Shown in pieces: positions 40,729-53,637 of a stretch of DNA of 64,000 nucleotides. Position 1 is the stretch's first letter. Every line of letters begins with the position of its first letter. The position numbers and the translations under genes were made by a program. The stretch spans positions 164,300,001-164,364,000 of the forward strand of contig OX597816.1 in the NCBI GenBank assembly GCA_951406725.2, written 5' to 3'. The notes under the pieces were generated by a model. The model made no database searches and was not told where the DNA came from. It saw nothing but the letters and a program-made list of their open reading frames with translations. This DNA is from Octopus vulgaris (lineage: Eukaryota).

Positions 40729-41253
40729 CAGTCATCCCTCGACTATCGCGGTTGTTACGTTCCAAAACCCCCCACAGAAATAATTAAAATCTAAAAAAAT
40801 ATAAATACTTATTGGCCCCAGAAACCCACGATATACTGAGGAGTCCGCGATATAAATTTTCATGTATTTATTTCTTTATTGCTCAGAGGAGGCTAAACAT
40901 AGAGGGGACAAACAAAGACAGACAACCGGATTAAGTCGATTACATCGACTCCAGTGCGCAACTGGTACTTAATTTATCGACCCCGAAAGGATGAAAGGCA
41001 AAGTCGACCTCGGCAGAATTTGAACTCAGAACGTAACGGCAGGTGAAATACCGCTCAGCATTTCGCCCGGCGTGCTAACGTTTCTGCCAGCTCACCGCCT
41101 TAAATATATTAGCCAGAAAAAATTCGCGATAGGTGAACCACGATGTACTGAGTGCGTGATAGGTAAACCGCCATGTACTGAGTGCGCGATAGGTGAACCG
41201 CAATATACTGAGTGCGCGCGATAGATGGACCGCGATATGGCGAGAAATTACTG
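40729..41253. mobile_element. Tigger/pogo-like MITE with nested SINE A and 30-bp subterminal tandem repeats
   Basis: TIRs CAGTCATCCCTCGACTATCGCGG / CCGCGATATGGCGAGAAATTACTG; TA on both sides. Confidence 0.8.
40870..41101 (-). mobile_element. SINE A
   Basis: Reverse complement of head+core+middle. Confidence 0.9.
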
Positions 41254-41504
41254 TATACCTTATATCTTTCTATATTACGTTTATTTTATTTATAATATAG
41301 CGTTAAAAATTGTTATCGATTTATGTTAAATTTAATTACTTATCTAACGAAGTTATATTTGGAAATAATCTAAAAGTGAACACTGTTAATTATGGTACAA
41401 ACCGTTGAATTTAAATATTGTTTGTATAAAGAATTTTTCTCTCTTAAATTTGCGTACAATTATATCACATGACCAGGTGGATAGGGTACCCGAAAATCAC
41501 CCTA

Positions 41505-41675
41505 GAGATTGCTTATTTTTATTCTACCTCATTGGACTTTCCTCTGTCTCCTACTTCCGAAGAAGAGCTTTGCTCGAAACATAAAAACCCCCTTTCTTTC
41601 CTTCCTTGAGCGTCTGCTAATACTTTACATGTACCACATCTTCGCATTGTTGTTCTTTTTTTTTTTGTGTTCTTC

Positions 41676-41680
<5 letters not shown>
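41505..41680 (+). mobile_element. Cassette with hammerhead-like motif ending in (TA)n
   Basis: CTT-CCGAAGA-A-GAGC-TTT-GCTC-GAAAC-ATA-AAA at 41554-41586; same family as 29464. Confidence 0.7.
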
Positions 41681-41714
<34 letters not shown>

Positions 41715-42966
41715 TGTGTGTGTTGTATGTATGTATCAGTAGATGTTTAGCTTAACCATTGATTGATTGATTTTTCGTTGTAATGAGCAGTTACTATTTT
41801 CGACATTTAAGAGAAATAAGGCGATCTAGAATAAAAATGTATGGTCAGTTTTACAACGGAATACCGACAGAGTTTTTCCTTGAACTTAGAAACTGTTTCA
41901 AACATTTTTGGGTCTTATGAAGAGAAAATAAATGAATGCAAATATTAAATATAGATTGTAAAGAAACTAGAAAAGCTAAGGATGGTAATATAGTTCAATA
42001 AAAAAAAAAAAAAATGAAAACAAACAAACAAAAGAGTCTGGGGAAACGGTACGAAGACAGTCTGAAGGACGTTGACAAGTAGCGAAGGAAAGACAAAAAC
42101 CAGAGTAGGAATTCTTTTTCTAATTCCATTTTGCGTTATTGCTCACCAAAAATTTGTCAAAAAATAAATATAGTAAGATGAAGGAAAAGATAACAAAAAA
42201 AAAAAAATACAGCATTAATAGAATTATCTGTTAATTTGTGGTTATTTTATATTGTTTGTTAAATTTAGAGACTTTTCGGATTCCCAAATGTAACGAAACC
42301 ACTTTTGTGTTCACCCCTTTTTTTCCATTCCATCTCTTCTTCTTGTACTGATTATTTCTCCCCCCCCCTAACACCCACCCACCCTCACCACTTTCTTTTA
42401 CCTTATTCTTGTAGACGTTTCCTCTTCTCCCCCCTCTCATTCTCTTCTCTCTGCCTCTCTTCTCGTTATTCCTCCCCTCTCGTCTTTCCTCTCTCTCTCT
42501 CTCTCCCTCTCTCTCTGCCGCACACTTTTACCATTCCTCGAATGAAAACAGTTCTTGAGGAGTTTCCTCTCTCTCAACAGCTTCCATTTTCTCCAAGACA
42601 CCTCGTTTCTCTCTCTCCTCTCTCTCTCTCTCCTCTCCCCATCCCACCTCCACCACTCACTCGACCAACCTTAATTTGTTTTCTAAACCCAACCGCTACC
42701 ACAAACCACCACCAATAACCAGCACTACTTCGGGCCCTCTCAAACACCTCTTCTCCGTCTCTAGCACCGAATCACCACCCCTTTTCTCATTAATATTTTC
42801 TATAACTCTTACGCGTTGAAAAATTAAGCCAAATAGCACACATTCACACTCGATCTTTTCTACACTAACTAGTCAAAATAATTGACTTATCTATTTTATT
42901 ACCTCCAGTATTTTCATTTACATCTCATTCCATTTTAATTTTTCAATTATATCATAGTCGTCGCCA

Positions 42967-43010
<44 letters not shown>

Positions 43011-43020
43011 TATTATATTA

Positions 43021-43233
43021 AGGCGGCGAGCTGGCAGAGTCGTTAGCACGCCTGGCGAAATGCATAGCGGTATTTCGTCTATCCTCACGTTCTGAGTTCA
43101 AAATGCCGCCGGGGTTGACTTCGCCTTTCATCCTTTCGGAATCGATAAATTAAGTACCAGTTACGCACTGGGGTCGATCTAATCGACTAGCCCCCCCAAA
43201 AAAATTTCAGGCCCTGTGCCTTTTGTAGAAAGG

Positions 43234-43235
<2 letters not shown>
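43021..43235 (+). mobile_element. SINE A, monomeric form in an (ATT)n tract
   Basis: Head, single core, directly followed by tail TTTCAGGCCCTGTGCC..GTAGAAAGGA. Confidence 0.88.
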
Positions 43236-43280
<45 letters not shown>

Positions 43281-44140
43281 CATCATCATCATTCAGTAGT
43301 TTTATTTTTATGACGTGCTTTCACTTCACTACCGAGCGCAGTTCTGTGTGCCTTGGGTATGTGCTGTGATTTGTTGTGATGCTCTGATGGTTACTGTATT
43401 GAAAATGTTCTGCGTAGGATGTGTGATTATTATTATTATTATTATTATTATTCAGTTTGGTTCCTAATATTTCTGCAGTTCAAAGAACCGTTATCGTGCC
43501 GGAAAAAAAATGTTCAGTGGCATATTCCATTTTTCACGTTCTGAGTTCAGATTCCGCCGAGGTCGACTTTGCCTTTCATCTTATCGGGGGGCTTGATAAA
43601 AATAGGTACCAGTAACTACTGGTGGTGGTGATGGTGTGGAGGGTGTCGATGTAATTGATTTATCCCATCCCCAACCACATTTACTGGCCTCGTGCCAAAA
43701 TTTGAAACCAATATTTTTTGCAGTCCTTTTCGACTGGTTGTTGTCGTTGATGTCATCGCTTTTTCTAACGCAGTCCATTTTGTTTGGTCGGGTTTGTGAT
43801 TGTATCAGCTGTGGCTCAACGAAAGAGAGACGACCTGAAAGAAAGCGCGAGGTACTGACCACAGAAACTAATTCTTGTTAATAGTATTTATCTACAGCGA
43901 CTTTAATTATACGATATAATGGATGATAATTGGGCATATGTATTTTTGTGCGTCTGTGTTTGTCCACGCACCATTGCTTGACAACCGATGTTGGTGTGTT
44001 TACGGCAAAAAGAAACCGATAGAATAAGTACTGGGCTTATAAAGAACAAGTCCTGGAATCGATTTGTTCGACAAAAAGGCGGTGCTCCAGCATGGCCGCA
44101 GTCAAATGACAAACAAGTAGAAGAGTTATATATATACATA

Positions 44141-44440
44141 TCTTTATATATAAAAGTGAGGTTGTGTGCTGTCTGTTTCCTACGATTTAGATTCCTAACT
44201 ACTCCCACATTTTGCTGTGCAGTGTAACCAAAAGCGGTTATCTTATAGTCGTGATTCATATCGAGCCCTTCTGGGTATTAGCGCGCGTCTACGATGAGTC
44301 TACGATTTAAAAAAAAATTACCATAATTTTTTCCCATTTTTAATGCATTTTTTGCTATTATATAAGGGAAGTAACTCTCTAAAAATGCTTATATAGTTAT
44401 TTCCCTTACAAACCCGAGCAACGCCGGGCGATACTGCTAG
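44141..44440 (+). mobile_element. Non-autonomous Helitron type 2 (different 5' body, same 3' end)
   Basis: A|TC start; 3' TAACTCTCTAAAAATGCTT..CCCGAGCAACGCCGGGCGATACTGCTAG|T shared with type 1. Confidence 0.85.
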
Positions 44441-44450
44441 TATATTATAT

Positions 44451-44645
44451 AAATTATAATTTAGGGTATCTAAGGGATACCACCACGCTGGAAATAGCAA
44501 AACTTGACTCTAAAACTACATTAAATGTTCGTGGTTGTATCTCTTAGATACCCTAAATTATAATTTTAAATAATTATTACCTTTGAAGGTTTTTATTCCC
44601 ATGCTGTCCACCTGATAAGATCAGTATTTAAATATTGATCTTATC
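44451..44645. repeat. Double-hairpin cassette (37-bp inverted repeat + 32-bp near-palindrome)
   Basis: 44451-44487 vs 44530-44566 (2 mismatches); GATAAGATCAGTATTT/AAATATTGATCTTATC at 44614-44645. Confidence 0.9.
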
Positions 44646-45024
44646 CTTTTATATGTATGTATATATATGAATGCTGACCACCCCACCGAAACGTTATCAA
44701 AGCGTTCACCAACATCATCACCGCCATTATCATTACTGCCTCTCTCAACATGCCCACCACCGTCTTCATCATAACCACCGCGATCGTCATCATCACTACT
44801 ATTATAACCAGCACCACAGTTACCCCACCACCACCACCACCACCATCATCGTCATCATCAAGTGGGATTCGTTCGGTCTAGGATATCTTTTCTAGATGGC
44901 TAAACACGCCTCTCCAGCAGCTCAGACAGACGGATAATCAGTGGAATTATTACGGGAGATGGATGGATGGCAGGGCACATTAATTTCTAGAACGATAAAG
45001 AAAGCAATGTGAAAAGAACTGATT

Positions 45025-45067
<43 letters not shown>

Positions 45068-45270
45068 TGAATGTAAATATGAAGAATGGAGGGAGAAAAA
45101 AAAATAAAGAGATCATGCCTACCCCATCGAGTTCACACAAGTGGATAAACCGCGCGCCATGTAGTGTGTGTTTGTGGTTATGTTCATTTAAAACCGTTTC
45201 TAAATTACTGTTCTTTAGCGGTTTCTGTTCGTTTATATATACAGTGTATGTATGTATGTATGTATGTATG

Positions 45271-45326
<56 letters not shown>

Positions 45327-45329
<3 letters not shown>

Positions 45330-45550
45330 CTTTACTACCCACAAGGGGCTAAACACAGAGGGGACAAACAAGGATAGACAAACGGATTAAGTCGATTACA
45401 TCGACCCCAGTGCGTAACTGGTACTTAATTTATCGACCCCGAAAGGATGAAAGGCAAAGTCGACCTTGGCGGAATTTGAACCCAGAACGTAACGGCAGAC
45501 GAAATACGGCTACGCATTTCGCCCGGCGTGCTAACGTTTCTGCCAGCTCG
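45327..45550 (-). mobile_element. SINE A, young-looking
   Basis: Near-consensus, CpGs intact. Confidence 0.92.
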
Positions 45551-45801
45551 TGTATATATATATATACACGTGTGTGTGTGTTGTATTTGTGTACATGCGT
45601 GTGTTACATTGCGTACATAAATGTATGTATATGCATACACATACATCCCGGTCATTTTAATCCTGAAAAAGGACCAAATTCGAAACGTTTGAACGACCCA
45701 CTCCTCACTGTAGGTTTATTTCATTCACTCTCTGTATTTTATACACACCACAGAACCTCCCAGAATAAGACCCCAATATCTAAGCTTTGTCCGAGCCTAA
45801 T

Positions 45802-45857
<56 letters not shown>

Positions 45858-45858
<1 letters not shown>

Positions 45859-46100
45859 TCGGGTTGTGGAATCGAAACAAAAAATTCCGACTCTGATTCC
45901 TGTACTACTGGCACCTCCAGCTCCGCTTTATGTAATTAAGTGATTGTGGTCTACCTATAATGCATATGTGCACGCTTGTACTTTGAGAAGGCCTATATGT
46001 TATAACTGGTTTATATTAAAAAATAAAGATATTGTGAGTCGGAGTCGGTATGGTTTTACCGACTCCGACTCAAGCTACCTATTCATTGTTTACGGCCCTG
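45858..46100. mobile_element. Degenerate MITE with GGAGTC/GACTCC subterminal repeats
   Basis: CGGGTTGTGGAATCG start, palindromic GAGTCGGAGTCGGTA..TACCGACTCCGACTC at 46037-46071, GGCCCTG end. Confidence 0.5.
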
Positions 46101-46204
46101 TATTTTATTGATAAGCTGCTGCTTTATATCCAAAATATATATACGTGATCGCCAGTATATATGTGTACTTACGTGTGTATCTATACGTGTAGTTTAAATA
46201 TGAA

Positions 46205-46398
46205 AGATCTTGATTGACCGCTAGCTCCAAAAGTTTTTGTATTCTCTCTGTTTATTTCATCGTGTTCCTTTCTGCTGAAGAGCCTAGGCTCGAAACATAA
46301 AAGACTTTCTCACATTCCCGAGCGTCAACGTAATACATCTGCTTGTTGTTTATACACCTGCCTTCGTCTTTTGTTTTTCTGTATATTTCAACTATATA
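46205..46398 (+). mobile_element. Cassette with hammerhead-like motif ending in TA repeats
   Basis: CTTT-CTGCTGA-A-GAGC-CTAG-GCTC-GAAAC-ATA-AAAG at 46268-46303; tail homologous to 27475-27560. Confidence 0.72.
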
Positions 46399-46759
46399 TA
46401 ATTAATGTATTTCCTATAAATATATATGTATGTGTGTGTGTGTGTGTATCTATGTACAGGTTGTTTTTTCTTAATATGTGTGTAGTTAAATATCTGCTTA
46501 TTTATATATCTGTATAGCTATATATATATGTATGTTTGTGTATTTACATATGCGTTTAAGTGTTTGTAGATATCGCTGAATGTGTATATGTGTGTGTCTG
46601 TATATGTGCGTGTATATATTTATATATATATGTATGTGTGTGTATATGCATGCATATGTGCATGTGTATATGCAGATATATATAAAACCTTGTATGTGTG
46701 TATGTAGTACACCTGCACACAGCCAAACTCACAGCCATATATTTATAAATTGAATTTTT

Positions 46760-46975
46760 TTCTTGCAATCGCTTTATCCCGGTTAGGGTCGCGGCTAGAA
46801 GACCAAGCTGGAGCAATATTTTGCGGCCGACCTCCTCCCACAAATGACTACCTCACAATAGACTCCCCAACGGCTCCACTGTTCGATGGTGAAGCCACAG
46901 CGCGGGAACACTGGCATTCGAACCTGGGGCCTTGTGATTCCCGACTGATTGCTCCGCCACAGAATTGTCATCCAG
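46760..46975 (-). mobile_element. GC-rich tRNA-derived SINE E (single copy here)
   Basis: Minus: TGGCGGAGCAATCAG (A-box-like), CCAGGTTCGAATGCC (B box), tail GCGACCCTAACCGGGATAAAGCGATTGCAAGAAAA. Confidence 0.65.
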
Positions 46976-47074
46976 TATCTAAATACATATGTAATGTATA
47001 CACTTTCTTAACTTTTTTTTTGTTAAACTTCCTCGATGTCTTGTGTGTGTTGTGTAAATTGTTTTATATTTTAT

Positions 47075-47560
47075 ATACATGTATATATATATGACTATAT
47101 GTGTGTGTATACATGTATATATATGATTATATATGTGTGTCTGTGTGCATGTATATATAGGATTGTGTGTCTGTGTGCATGTATATATAGGATTGTGTGT
47201 GTGTGTGTATACATGTATATATATGTCTATATGTGTGTATATGTCTGTATATATATGTGTGTATATGTCTGTATATATATGTGTGTATATGTCTGTATAT
47301 ATATGTGTGTATATGTCTGTATATATATGTTTGCATATGTGTGTGTATATGTCTGTATATATATGTTTGCATATGTGTGTGTATATGTCTGTATATATAT
47401 GTTTGCATATGTGTGTGTGTATATATATGTCTGTATATGTATATATATGTATATATATATGTGTGTGTATATATATATAAGCATGTATATGTGTCCATAT
47501 ATATATATATATGTGTGTGTATATATATATAAGCATGTATATGTGTCCATATATATATAT
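47075..47560. repeat. TG/TA-derived minisatellite with 24-36-bp higher-order units
   Basis: Units such as GTGTGTATATGTCTGTATATATAT repeated. Confidence 0.92.
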
Positions 47561-48845
47561 ACGTCTATGTATATATTTCGGTAAATTTACAGAAATTTAC
47601 CTATATTTTTCTATATATACGTGTATGAATATGTATGCATATATATATCTATATATGTGTGTATTTGTATATATGTGTATGTAAATACATGTATATTGTG
47701 TCTATATATATATATGTGTGTGTGTGTGTGTACACACATTCACTACCCACGTACACACATAGTATGGTGTATTGAAAACATCAGAAATATTCGTAAAACT
47801 ATGAAGTCTGTATCGAGACATCTAGAAATAGATGTTAAACACACACACTCATACATTCACGTCATAGAATATTTGAAGATTACCTATAAATGCTTTAGCG
47901 TAGGTGTGTATAAGGAGCCGACCGATCACCAGACTTGCGGGTGTATATGTGGTATATTGATCTGCAATAATAAATTCATATATTGATCATTTGCCGTACA
48001 CTAATGTATCCCTCTACATTTATATACATACACATGTATGTGTGTGTGTGTGTATAACTCTGACTATACACCTCTTTGTATAACAAGAATAAATAAATTT
48101 GTATGTAATATATATATGTATATATACTCTAAATAAACACACATTCTAAATACATACATATATATATATGTGTGTGTGTTTTCTAATTACATATTAACGC
48201 AAATATATATGGACATGTTATAAATCATAATTTTATATCCTCTGAGCTTGTCTTATCCTCCCGTCCTCGCAGTAATATAAGTTTTTCATCATCATCACCA
48301 TCATTATTATTATTATTATTAATTGCTATCATAACTGTTGTATTATTTGCTTTCCCCCCCCCCTCCACATACAAGCGTATATCTTTTCCCTAGTTAGCTA
48401 CATGAGTTGACCTTTTCGTCGAAAGGTCATCCTCGAGATCCATCATTTGGTCAGACAGCGGGATTCTGTAGCGATAATTCAATATACCAAGGGATGCATC
48501 GAACTGTTTATCAATGTGTGTGCGCCCACGTGCATGTGTGTGTGTGTGTGTGTGTGTGTGTTCAGAGAGAGACACAGACACAGAGCGAGTTTTGTATATA
48601 TACATAGATAAATGTATGTTTAATTATGTATAAATACGTTACCATATATGTATATACACATTTGCTTGCATATTATGTATACACACACACACACACACAC
48701 ATACACGTAAATACAAACATGTGTAAAGTATGTGTACGTGTGTGTTATACGTATATATTGATATATTATGCCTATATAAATGTACACATTTGTACACATA
48801 CGTTCAAATCATTCTTGTTTTACTGTTGTACGCACCACCCCAGTC

Positions 48846-48891
<46 letters not shown>

Positions 48892-49704
48892 TTATTATTT
48901 GGCAAGAAGGGGGGGAAATGGTCATCCCGAAATATAACAAATATGTACATAAAATTTTAGGTGTTTGGATTGTGTTTCCGTACATACGTGTGTGAGAAAG
49001 AGTGGTGTGTATTCATATAGTTGTGTACATGTACTTTGGAAACAGCATAAAACTGATTACTGCTCTCTCTCTCTCTCACTCAACCTACCTTCCCTATAAT
49101 TTCTCAATAGCGATCTTTCCATATGTCTGTCTATAATAGCCCCTCTATACACACCGCAGCGCGGTTTCTAATTTTCGATTTCACAAAACCACCTTTCGTA
49201 AAACCACTAGCTAATAAAACAAACCTTCTGTCTTTAGAAAATGTGAATTTGGAACCTGTCTCTTTAATCCCTGTCAATTTGATGATGAAGGTCATGCTCT
49301 GCCGCCCTTTAATACCCTTGTATTTATCTATCCCCAAGGAATTGTTAAGACCCGGGTACATGGGGTATGTAGTATGAAATGAAAAGAAAGCAGCTCTGAC
49401 CGGCGTGTTGGTCTGTTTTAGCGACAAATGCTTATGGGTGTGGCTAGTGACATCTCCCACTTCCTCACTCTCTCTCTTTCTCTCGTTGGTATATGTTATA
49501 AAAAAAAAATATTTGTCACATCTGTCTTCGCTTAGTCCTATATTTATCGAGAAAAACCTAATTATGCCTGGGGTATGTGTGTGTGTCTTAGTAGTAAACT
49601 GACTAAAGGACTCAATATCTACCTAGATACTACTATAATCAAAGGGGCTTCACGGGTGAGAGAAACTTTAAACAATTTCGGCATGTGCGTATATACGAGT
49701 GTGT

Positions 49705-49933
49705 GGCGGCGAGCTGGCAGAAACGTTAGCACGCCGGGCGAAATGCGTGGCCGTATTTCGTCCGCCGTTACGTTCTGAGTTCAAATTCCGCCGAGGTCGA
49801 TTTAGCCTTTCATCCTTTCGGGGTCGATAAATTAAGTAACAGTTACGCACTGGGGTCAATGTAATCGACTTAATCCCTTCGTCTGTCCTTGTTTTTCCCC
49901 TCTATGTTTAGCCCCTTGTGGACAATAAAGAAA
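49705..49933 (+). mobile_element. SINE A (head+core+middle)
   Basis: Near-consensus; ATATACGAG.GTGT similar on both flanks (possible TSD). Confidence 0.92.
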
Positions 49934-50137
49934 CATATATACGAGCGTGTGTGTGTATGCATGTATATTTACTGTACACTATATTCAACACAGTTTCACG
50001 CATGTATTTATGATAACCATCTATCTACATATCTGTATATGAGTGTGTGTACGAACATACTACACAAATTGATCGATTAGGTAAATTTGATTGTTCATCC
50101 TTCCATAAATGTTTGCTGTATGTATAATATATAAATA

Positions 50138-50541
50138 GAGGCGGAGAGCTGGCAGAAACGTTAGCACGCCGGACGAAATTCGTAGCCGTATTTCGTCTGC
50201 CGCTACATTCTGAGTTCAAATTCCGCCGAGGTCGACTTTGCCTTTCATCCTTTCGGGGTCGACAAATTAAGTACCAGTTACGCACTGGGGTCAATATAAT
50301 CGACTTAATCCGTCTGTTTGTCTGTCCTTGTTTGTCCCCTCTGTGTTTAGCCCCTTGTGTGTAGTAAAGAAATAGGTATTTCTTTTGTCTTTATGTTCTG
50401 AGTTGAAATTCCGTCGAGGTCGACCTTGCCTTTCATCCTTTCCGGGTCGATAAATTAAGTACCAGTTGCATACTGGAGTCGATCTAATCGACTGGCACCC
50501 TCCCCCAAAATTTCAGGCCTTGTGCCTAGAGTAGAAAAGAA
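50138..50541 (+). mobile_element. SINE A, complete dimeric form
   Basis: Head, core 1, middle, partial B box, core 2, tail CCTAGAGTAGAAAAGAA. Confidence 0.93.
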
Positions 50542-50560
50542 TATATATATATATATATAT

Positions 50561-50920
50561 AGGCGCAGGAGTGGCTGTGTGTGGTAAGTAGCTTGGTTCC
50601 GGGTTCAGTCCCACTGCGTGGCATCTTGGGCAAGTGTTTTCTGCTATAGCCTCGGGCCGACCAATGCCTTGTGAGTGGATTTGGTAGACGGAAACTGAAA
50701 GAAGCCTGTCGTATATATGTATATGTATGTGGGTGTCTGTGTTTGTCCCCCCAACATTGCTTGACAACCGATGCTGGTGTGTTTACGTCCCCGTCACTTA
50801 GCGGTTCGGCAAAAAAGAGACCGATAGAATAAGTACTGGGGTCGATTTGCTCGACTAAAGGCGGTGCTCAGCATGGCCACAGTCAAATGACTGAAACAAG
50901 TAAAAAGAGAAAAAGAGAAA
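50561..50920 (+). mobile_element. SINE B
   Basis: Full head-to-tail match. Confidence 0.92.
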
Positions 50921-50930
50921 GATATCTATA

Positions 50931-50982
<52 letters not shown>

Positions 50983-50986
<4 letters not shown>

Positions 50987-51145
50987 CGCAGGAGTGGCTG
51001 TGTGGTAAGTAGCTTGCTAACCAACCACATGGTTCCGGGTTCAGTCCACTGCGTGGCATCTTGGGCAAGTGTCTTCTGCTATAGCCCCGGGCCGACCAAT
51101 GCCTTGTGAGTGGATTTGGTAAACGGAAACTGAAAGAAGCCTGTC

Positions 51146-51184
<39 letters not shown>

Positions 51185-51378
51185 TGTGTTTGTCTCCCTA
51201 GCATTGCTGGTGTGTTTACGTCCCCGTCACTTAGCGGTTCGGCATAAGAGACCGATAGAATAACTACTGGGCTTACAAAAAAAAGAATAAGTCCCGGGGG
51301 GTCGATTTGCTCGATTAAAAGGCGGTGCTCCAGCATGGCCGCAGTCAAATGACTGAAACAAGTAAAAGAGTAAAGAGT
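50983..51378 (+). mobile_element. SINE B, tandem neighbour
   Basis: Shares diagnostics (GGCATCTTGG, CCAATGCC, CCGTCACTT) with the 50561 and 58815 copies. Confidence 0.92.
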
Positions 51379-51524
51379 ATATATATAATGTATGTATGTA
51401 TGTATATAAATATGTGTGTATATGTATGGCGGCAAACACACGCCATTTATGTGTGTGAAGTACTTGAAAAGTGCTGCTGCGCAAGATTTTGCTGTTCTGC
51501 ATGTCTCAGTACTTCACTCTAGTA

Positions 51525-51552
51525 GGTGTGTGTGTGTGTGGGTGTGTGTGTG

Positions 51553-51615
<63 letters not shown>

Positions 51616-51970
51616 TGCGTATGTGTGTGCGTATGTGTGTGTGTATGTGTGTGCGTGTGTGTGTGCGTGTGTGTGTGCGTGTGTGTGTGCGTGTGTGTGT
51701 GCGTATGTGTGTGCGTATGTGTGTGCGTATGTATGTATGTGCGTATGTATGTATGTGCGTATGTATGTGTGTGCGTATGTATGTATGTGCGTATGTGTGT
51801 ATGTGTGTGCGTATGTGCTTATGTGCGTATGTGCGTATGTATGTATGTGCGTATGTATGTATGTGCGTATGTATGTATGTGCGTATGTATGTATGTGCGT
51901 ATGTATGTATGTATGTATGTATGTATGTATGTATGTGCGTATGTATGTATGTATGTATGTATGTGTGTGC
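51525..51970. repeat. (TG)n / (TGCGTATG)n / (TATG)n compound repeat
   Basis: Direct inspection. Confidence 0.95.
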
Positions 51971-52019
51971 GCACGTGTATATTTCTGTATATGTGTTCGT
52001 GTCAGTTTCTTCAACCCCC

Positions 52020-52055
<36 letters not shown>

Positions 52056-52245
52056 ACCACCTCCCATTTCGCTCTTATTCCTGACAACAATCTGTAATGA
52101 CATTGTCACATTTTTTTTTTTTTTTATTGCTCTCGTTTTTTTATTATTTTTGTTTTTTGTTGTTGTTTTTCTTCCACGATGTCCATGACCACGTCACATA
52201 TTGTTTGGAACGAAACCAAAATGGAACTGTATCTAAAAATAAATT

Positions 52246-52367
52246 GCAGCAGCAGCAGTAGTAGTCGCGGCAGCAGCAGTAGTAGTAGTCGCAGCAGCAG
52301 TAGTAGTCGCAGTAGTAGTAGTCGCAGTAGTCGCAGTAGTAGTAGTAGTAGTAGTAGTAGTAGTCGC

Positions 52368-52400
<33 letters not shown>

Positions 52401-52499
52401 CGCAGTAGTAGTAGTAGTCGCAGTAGTAGTCGTAGTCGCAGCAGCAGTAGTAGTCGCAGTAGAAGTAGTAGTAGTAGTAGTCGCAGTAGTAGTAGTCGC

Positions 52500-52532
<33 letters not shown>

Positions 52533-52655
52533 CGCAGTAGTAGTAGTAGTCGCAGCAGCAGTAGTAGTCGCAGTAGTAGTAGTCGCAGTAGAAGTAGTAG
52601 TAGTAGTAGTCGCAGTAGTAGTAGTCGCAGTAGTAGTAGTAGTAGTAGTAGTCGC

Positions 52656-52688
<33 letters not shown>

Positions 52689-53025
52689 CGCAGTAGTAGT
52701 AGTAGTCGCAGTAGTAAGAGTAGTCGCAGCAGCAGTAGTAGTCGCAGTAGTAGTAGTCGCAGTAGTAGTAGTAGTAGTAGTAGTCGTAGTAGTAGTAGTC
52801 GCAGTAGTAGTAGTCGCAGTAGTAAGAGTAGTCGCAGCAGCAGTAGTAGTCGCAGTAGTAGTAGTCGCAGTAGAAGTAGTAGTAGTAGTAGTCGCAGCAG
52901 TAGTAGTGTTAGTAGTCGCAGCAGTAGCAGTAGTAGTCGCAGCAGCAGCAGTAGTAGCAGTAGCAGCAGCAGTAGTAGCAGTAGCAGTAGTAGTAGTAGT
53001 AGTAGCAGTGGCAGAAGTAGCAGTG
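52246..53025. repeat. ~780-bp (AGT)n array punctuated by CGC/AGC triplets
   Basis: Triplet-phase compound microsatellite giving Ser/Arg and Leu/Arg ORFs. Confidence 0.95.
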
Positions 53026-53289
53026 GCACCATTATTACTGAAGATTTATTCTGGCAAACTTACATCAATTAAGCAAAGACCGCAAGTGAATAATAAGGGC
53101 AACCTTTCTCCCCTTTTAGCTTGCGAAACAAATGCCCTACAGTCTGTTGGTGCGACCCGCAGTGGTGTGCTACTGCACACACACACACACACACACAGAC
53201 ATACATACACACACCCGATACCACATTCAAAAGAACTGCTGCCTCTTGACTGATAAGGTGTGGCTCGCAAGCGCACTTGAAGTGAAGGT

Positions 53290-53545
53290 CCTCAGACGTG
53301 CTGTCTCCTCTCCTTGTCTTTTATCACCACTACACAAGCCTTCGATGTTCGGATTTGTCTGATTTCGTGACACTTCCTTTTAGGTACCTACCTTTTGATG
53401 AACTGGTCTATCTTTTTCTTGTCACCCGTATTGTGTCCTCCGCTAAATCCGTCACTAATCATAACGCCGAGTCCTTCTTTTCCGGAACGTCGGTCTCCAA
53501 ACATTTTCTGGCCCACAGTTTCTTCTCACAAGTGGATTGTTCATA
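53290..53545 (+). mobile_element. Decayed CR1-like LINE ORF2 C-terminus
   Basis: Across a frameshift: RRAVSSPC..FYHHYTSLRCSDLSDFV..TNHNAESFF.., resembling the HRRxVASLxxFYRY..CSxEL..SFFPRT region of CR1-group LINEs. Confidence 0.6.
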
Positions 53546-53637
53546 ATATCTTGGACAGTCTATATACATACTTGAAGCAAAACCTAGAAATCTGCACATA
53601 CATACAGAAGCACTATTAATACCAAAAGACAATCTGT

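Noticed and set aside
45410-45943. Recurring peptide MRNWYLIYRPRKDERQSRP
   Set aside because: Antisense translation of SINE A, not a gene family.
52124-53032. 302-aa poly-Leu ORF as a membrane protein
   Set aside because: Antisense reading of the (AGT)n array.
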